A DNA stretch of 64,000 nt from Podarcis muralis (lineage: Eukaryota). Location of the stretch: NCBI RefSeq assembly GCF_964188315.1, contig NC_135662.1, positions 59,706,001 through 59,770,000 on the forward strand. The letters are read 5' to 3'. The notes under the pieces were generated by a model. The model had not been told where the DNA came from and ran no database searches. It saw only the letters and a program-made list of their open reading frames with translations. The position numbers and the translations under genes were made by a program. Positions within the stretch are counted from its first letter, which is position 1. The number at the start of each line of letters is the position of its first letter. Below are positions 57,912 through 64,000 of this stretch, piece after piece.

Positions 57912-58664
57912 GTAAGCTTAGAAAACACTATCAAATTTGTTTTGAAAATGTCATGAAATATAGAATGGCCTTGTTTCTGAAGGCTGAGACTCTTTGAAGT
58001 CCTAAGATGTAAATAAATTCCATTTAAATCAGTGGAGTGGGCTTTCCAATAGCTGGTTTGTATGTGAAAACTACATTTCCAGGCCTTATTTGTGCTTCCT
58101 GGAATTATTAATTATATTATCTTTTTTCTTTGAGCTTTTGACCCTATACAAAGGGTATTTGAAGCTCCCATCTGTTCAAAAACAATTTGCCATGTGGTTG
58201 TTACAGTGGAAATAAAGTGAATCCAAATAGCTCTTTGCCTTACAAAGCTAGATGTAGTCATTTGGGTCTTATCCAGTTGACTTTGGAATGGAGTCTTTAT
58301 ACTTTAATTTGTCCACCACCCCCCATTTGCATATTCATTTTTTTCTCAATAATCCTGAGATTGATAAATGTAGAGTCTGCTGGTGCTAGAAGTTACTGGC
58401 ACAATCCTGTCTTTGCTCAGGGTCTTAAGCCTGTTTTTGATTCTCACATTCCATCCTTGTTTTGTTTGAAATTGCTGCTAAAACAAGTGGCCCTGTAACA
58501 AAATACTGCATTGTGTAGTGCTCCTGTTCAGGGTTGCAGCCACATCACTTTCCAGGAAACTCCATTCTATTCTCCCTCAGATTTGCATTCTTCTTCCACC
58601 ACCTAACCTCCCAGTGGTCAGCATTCTATGGTTACTGGGTTGTTTTGGAGTCTGCTTTTGCGCT

Positions 58665-58668
<4 letters not shown>

Positions 58669-58699
<31 letters not shown>
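58669..58699. repeat. (CA)n microsatellite
   Basis: Direct reading. Confidence 0.95.
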
Positions 58700-58704
<5 letters not shown>

Positions 58705-59924
58705 CATGTAGATCTTGGTTTTCCCAAGCCTGCTGATACCTCCCTCTTGGGCATTAATGATACCATTTTGACTACATTAAAATCTACAAGAAGAATTATT
58801 TCGCTAAGGGCTTTATCCAGCACTGCACATGTGGACCTCTGCTTCCACAAGGACACTTGAGCTTCCTTCCCTCCTGCACCCCCCTAAAATCTACTCTGGG
58901 TTGTCCTCCAACCCTCTGGAGCAGATTTTAAGGTCATGCAGGGGGAGAGAAGAAATTGAACTTGTTGAAATCAAGTTTGTTCTGCTCATGCATAGAAAGG
59001 GTTATATACATAGGAAATAATAGGCCTTCTAATATACTTTGTCTATTACTATTCTAACATTTTTATTTGTAAAATGCTTAAGCTTATCTTGGTTATGAAG
59101 AGCAAAATTGCTTTATGAACTGCTTTTTAGATACTTTAATTACCTGTATAATTTGTCAATTGAATCCAAATCTGTCTATATAGAAAACAGCTTCTATACA
59201 ACATATTCCATACAAACTTACCAATATTTCAGTACATATTTTTACTTAGTGTTTTTTTAAAAAAAATAGTGTACCTTTTGTTTCTCATGAATGTGATTAT
59301 TTGCAGCATGTAGCAGCTTGCTGTCTTACAGAAATTGAGGGAGGTTCTTCCTGAAAAATTCCTTATCAAATAAGGGTATATGAGCTATTTTAACATTTGC
59401 TCTTATTTATTTCATACATAATTAGGTAGTTATATTCAAAGGTGAGCAAAAATTTATGTGCTAATCTTGTAGCCTTGTTTATAGGCTACAAATTTGCAGT
59501 GCTCCTTCAGCGGCAACTTGATGTTCACTGTGCTATCTGGCTGAGCACCCTTTCCAGCTTTACCTTTGAATTGATTCCATAATTACCATGTGTCAGAAGA
59601 TCACAACTGCCTCAACAATGCAGGGTCACTTTCCTCTCTTTCCTTACTGTACTGCACTGTGGTCTTCAAAGATAGGAAAGTGTTGCCTAGGTAACTGGAA
59701 GACTCTTCTGAAAAATGGTGATCATTGCAGCTGCAAATAGTCAGAGAAGCAACACATTTGACAGTAGACTCAGTTTGTTTTTGGGAAATGTTGCATCCTG
59801 TTTCCCTTGAATTTTCTGTTGACGAAAACTTGTTCTAAGCCCTAGTTGAACTGCTTTGGATCAAGACCTGCCTGGTATAATGCAAATACCGCTCTAAAAT
59901 GCATGTTATTGTGTTCTGTTTTAG

Positions 59925-60019
59925 GTTGCTTCATTAAAGAAGAATGTGGGCCAGTTCAGTGGCTTTCCATTTGAAAAAGGAAGTGACCAATATAAGAAAA
60001 AGGAAGAGATGTTGAAAAA
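59925..60019 (+). CDS. DEK: DEK coding exon (95 nt)
   Basis: VASLKKNVGQFSGFPFEKGSDQYKKKEEMLK(K); acceptor TTTTAG; donor AAA|GTAAAA. Confidence 0.96.
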
Positions 60020-61348
60020 GTAAAATTTTAAAACTTTTTAGTATGATCAAGTTTCATTATTTATGTTAATACATGCATTTTAAATCTTGAGCAGAGCAAC
60101 TGCCTTAAGCCCTGTTTGCTATCCCTGCACATTTCAGTTAGTAACTTGAGTGTATAAGTATTCTATTTCAAACCATATCCATAAACATTACTGAAGGATA
60201 GTTTTATATTACACATGTGAACATTTTATGTCTAAAATGAATGGGTTTACTGGTGCTGAATTGTTTCTAATTAACTACTTAGTTGAAGATACAAGTGAGT
60301 ATCTTGTTCAATAAAATACTGCTATTTTCATGCACAAACTTGAGGTATGGTCTTGTGAAATTTAAGCACATAAATATTGGTGATTTTTCTAATAGTTGAG
60401 TTACACATACTTAATTTTCCCCCTTGAAATGAAAAGCACTTAAACGTGCATACCTTTGGCTAAATTGTGCCCCCAACATTTAATTCAAACTTAAAATTCT
60501 CTGCCACCTTAATATTTGTGCAGTACTTTTGTAGAACTTAAATTTATCCAAAATAAATTTGCAGTTATAAACAGTATACAAGGAATACTGTATTTTGTGA
60601 TGTGTTTTAAGGTATTCAGAATCTGTGGTTGCACATGTGGCAATGTCTTTTTCCTCCTGGCAGTTGGTATTTCCAGTTTCCATTATAGTGCAATTTCCAG
60701 CACTTCCCTCTATGGAGAAGGCATAAGCTGCTACCAGTGTACTTAGGCTGACTTGTGGTAAAGATGGCAACCTATAGAAGCTGCCCTTCCTTCCATTATC
60801 ACGCAGACTCTTCTAGATAATGGTGGTATAATCATATTGGTAAATAGGGGTTGGCTGTAACTTCTGAAGGGTGAATTTTATTCCTGAGGGCCTGCACAGG
60901 TTTCTCAGTTGTTGCACCATTGATCTTTGCATAAACTCTAAAAGCTATACTGTGGCTTCTTTCTACTGACAAAAATTTGAGAAGGTGTTTAAATAAATGA
61001 ATCCCTATACCCTTTGAACTCTATCTTTGAATTCTGTCCTTAGCTGTAAAATATTTCCTACCTGCCTGGTTGGTATTTCTAGTTTTATTATAAGTACTGT
61101 TTTTATAAGACGGGACATGCAATAATTGAAGAAATATTGTCAAAATGTCAATTGCATTTCTGTGGTTTGTTTAATTTTTGTGAGTTGCCTTGAGTTTTGA
61201 AAAAATCAAAAAGTGGAGTATAAATAATAAATTCATCAATTGTATGCTTTATTTGAAAGCGCAGGTAGTCAACTAAACTATCTCTTTGCTCTGGTGTATT
61301 AAGATCAACTTTTATCAGCTATGTTTAATAAAGGGTATTTCTCTCTAG

Positions 61349-61469
61349 GTACAGAAATGCAATGCTGAAAAGTATATGTGAAGTTCTTGATTTGGAAAGA
61401 TCAGGAGTTAATAGTGAATTGGTAGCCAGAATCCTAAACTTCTTAATGCATCCAAAACCTTCAGGCAAG
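61349..61469 (+). CDS. DEK: DEK coding exon (121 nt, SAP domain)
   Basis: YRNAMLKSICEVLDLERSGVNSELVARILNFLMHPKPSGK; donor AAG|GTAAGA. Confidence 0.97.
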
Positions 61470-62966
61470 GTAAGACAAGACATAATAATGAAGCTATATT
61501 TAGATTACATTTATCATCTTTGTGGTGATCATGCTTTTTATGTAGAGTTGCTATTGCTGTCCCACGTCAAACAGTTGTTGAGTTTTGTGTGGCTTGCGCC
61601 ACCACAAAATCACACATATGCTTTGCTTGATTCATATATGCTCTTGAAGATGTAAGTAATATGACCACAATTCTATTAAGCCACTAGTGAACATCTTATT
61701 AGTTTCTTTATTATATATTATATGTTGTTCTTGTGGAAAATAAGAGAGATGGAAGAAGACAGTCAAACAGAACAAAGGCAGAGCTCAAGGGGAAAATGAA
61801 CCGTAGCATTCTCCTTACAAGGAGTACTACAAGAGCACTAGGGTTTGATTGCACGTTAGTATCTCTTCTGAGGTTCTTTATACAGAGACCATGCCTAGCA
61901 GCTATTAAACATTTGTTACAGCTGAGGCCCTTTTAAAAACAAATATGCCATTTCTATTGAACTGTTTATATGAAAACACAAGTTTTCTTCCATGAGTTTT
62001 GAGACTGAGGCATTCAACCTGGAGTAAAAAGCTCAATAACAAATTATGTTCTCATTGCCTTACAGTATTAGGCAATATTACCTAACAATTTATTAAAAAT
62101 GGAAAAGCAATGTCTCTGAATTTTGTGTTTCTGATTCTCTGGAAAAGACAGACACCAACAGTCAGCGAGGCTGGCATCTGAAAACAAACAGAGAAAAAGA
62201 TGTCTTTATTTATAGCACTGCCAGGAATACTGCAATAAGACTCTTCAAATGGGGAGTGAAATCCTTCCTGAGCTTGTCACTGCTTTCCAGAATTTTCCTC
62301 TGGAACCACATTTGTGGAAGGTATTACCCATATATTTGGCATCAAACATGGCTCCTGTCATGGGAAACAAAAATTCAATGGCAACATTGCACTTGCCAGT
62401 CTTCCATATTCAAACTGCTGATTGATAGCTAAAATAAAAAGTGGAATCTGCAAGAAAACATTGCAAGTGCTGTTGTGCAATTCCATTCCCCCTCATTGGG
62501 CTATTTTGGGAGGATGTTCCCTTACTAAAGATCTTCAAATGAAGGATGGTATATAAATAAACAACTTTAAACCGCCCCCCCCCATAAAAAACTCAACAAC
62601 TTTTGTGGCAACTTTAACTTATGCAAACTTTGGAGTCCCTCCAGATCTGCTATTTCCTCATCTTCTACAGATATGATACTGTTTTGGCTACTTAAGAAAT
62701 AGAACTCACAGTATGACCATCTTAAATAGAAGAAATACCTTCAATTGAATAATTACCCTCAAATAATACATGTATGTAATGTCTATAACTTCATTCTAAA
62801 AGAAACCTGTAATCTCATGGTACCTTTTCAAAATGACCATAGTGAAGGATAACACTTTGAAGGTGGTTAAGGTCTAAGCAATTACTTATTCCCTATAGAG
62901 TCTTATAAATAAATAGAGAGTTTTAAAACTATTTTGTTGTTTGCCTCAATTTTTAATATTTAATAG

Positions 62967-63152
62967 CCATTGCCAAAATCCAAGAGAACACCTAACAAAA
63001 GTGGGAAAAAGGAACGCAGTAGCTCTGGAACGGCACGGAAAGGCAAGCGCACTAAATGTCCTGAGATCCTGTCAGATGAATCCAGTAGTGAGGAAGATGA
63101 AAAGAAAGAGAAAGAAGAATCATCTGAAGAAGATAAAGAAAGTGAAGAGGAG
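62967..63152 (+). CDS. DEK: DEK coding exon (186 nt); the gene continues beyond the window
   Basis: PLPKSKRTPNKSGKKERSSSGTARKGKRTKCPEILSDESSSEEDEKKEKEESSEEDKESEEE; donor GAG|GTAGGA. Confidence 0.96.
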
Positions 63153-63848
63153 GTAGGATCTATTTGCAAACTATCCATGTTGAAGGCCAGCTACAGTAGG
63201 CTCTCTGATTTGCTTAAAGGGCATTGAGCTGAAGATGATAGGGTTATAGAGAAAAATATTTTCATTCCATAGACCTATTGACTTTTAAGATATTTGCTTA
63301 GTGATCAACAGACTTAAACTTGAAAGTAGTGACTAGATGCTGATAAAGTACAAAGACTTGTTTGCTAGAAGTGTGGATAGGAATGTACCATAGATTCATT
63401 GTTCTTCGCATAATTACTTGTTATTTTAGGGACAAAAATGCTTGGTGCTCGCCTCAAACAAAGGTACAGTTCTCAACAGAACTAGCTAACACTTTTCAGC
63501 CTCACACCTTCATCACCCATTGCAACCTTACAGTGACAGCATACTAGCAATGGGACACTGTCACTATCTGCTGATGGCTTTGGGGGGGGGTGACAAAAAA
63601 ATGGTTAGCAGTCCAAACTTAGCCAGTTCACCACCTTCACTATATAATGCAAGGTAACTTTTTGTATCCCTGAAAAAGCAGAAAGGCACGTTCTCTTAAA
63701 ATGCAGGGGCATTATTAGAACTAGAGACAAATAATGCAGTTACAAATAGCTTGCATGTGTATTTTGGCTTTGCTGCAAAGAGTGCTTTCTAGCAATAAAC
63801 TATGCTTTAGCAAGAAGCTTCATAGTGTTAGGAGTGGTTTATATTGGT

Positions 63849-64000
63849 TTTTTTTTTTTTTTTTTTTAGTTTTTTTATTCATTTTTCATTACCAGATGAT
63901 GACAGGGAAAAAACAAACAAACAAACAACATAAAAAGAAAGAATGAGGTAACAGTCACATATCAAAAACAAACAAGACCATCAACCAAATCCCAACCCCC
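63849..64000 (-). mobile_element. Probable L1-type 3' end (poly-A tail on the minus strand)
   Basis: Poly-T run followed by an A/C-rich segment, as expected for an antisense poly-A-tailed LINE. Confidence 0.45.

Noticed and set aside
61349-61354. Alternative acceptor 6 nt downstream (TAG GTA CAG)
   Set aside because: The upstream AG fits the conserved K-Y/F-R-N frame; there is no evidence the second AG is used.

Overview
Vertebrate (squamate) genomic DNA. The repeat content points to a lacertid lizard (inference from Sauria/Squam SINEs, BovB, CR1, L2, Tigger and hAT MITEs). Two genes lie head-to-head. (1) RNF144B, an RBR E3 ligase, is on the minus strand; only its first coding exon (9417-9581) is visible, with candidate non-coding first exons or promoters near 21.2 kb and 28 kb. 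(2) DEK is on the plus strand, with a CpG-island promoter (NF-Y/E2F/YY1 motifs, ~52.8 kb), a non-coding exon 1 and six coding exons (247 codons) before the window ends. The rest is intronic or intergenic and rich in transposable elements, several with exact TSDs and nested chronologies. Most interesting: DEK intron 3 has a GC-AG donor and carries an 818-bp antisense solo LTR. That LTR holds a 138-codon open frame whose repeated SGPASP motif differs mostly at synonymous positions (suggesting an accessory gene overlapping the LTR) and a near-perfect ISRE. Family names and human comparisons are recalled from memory; no database search was run.
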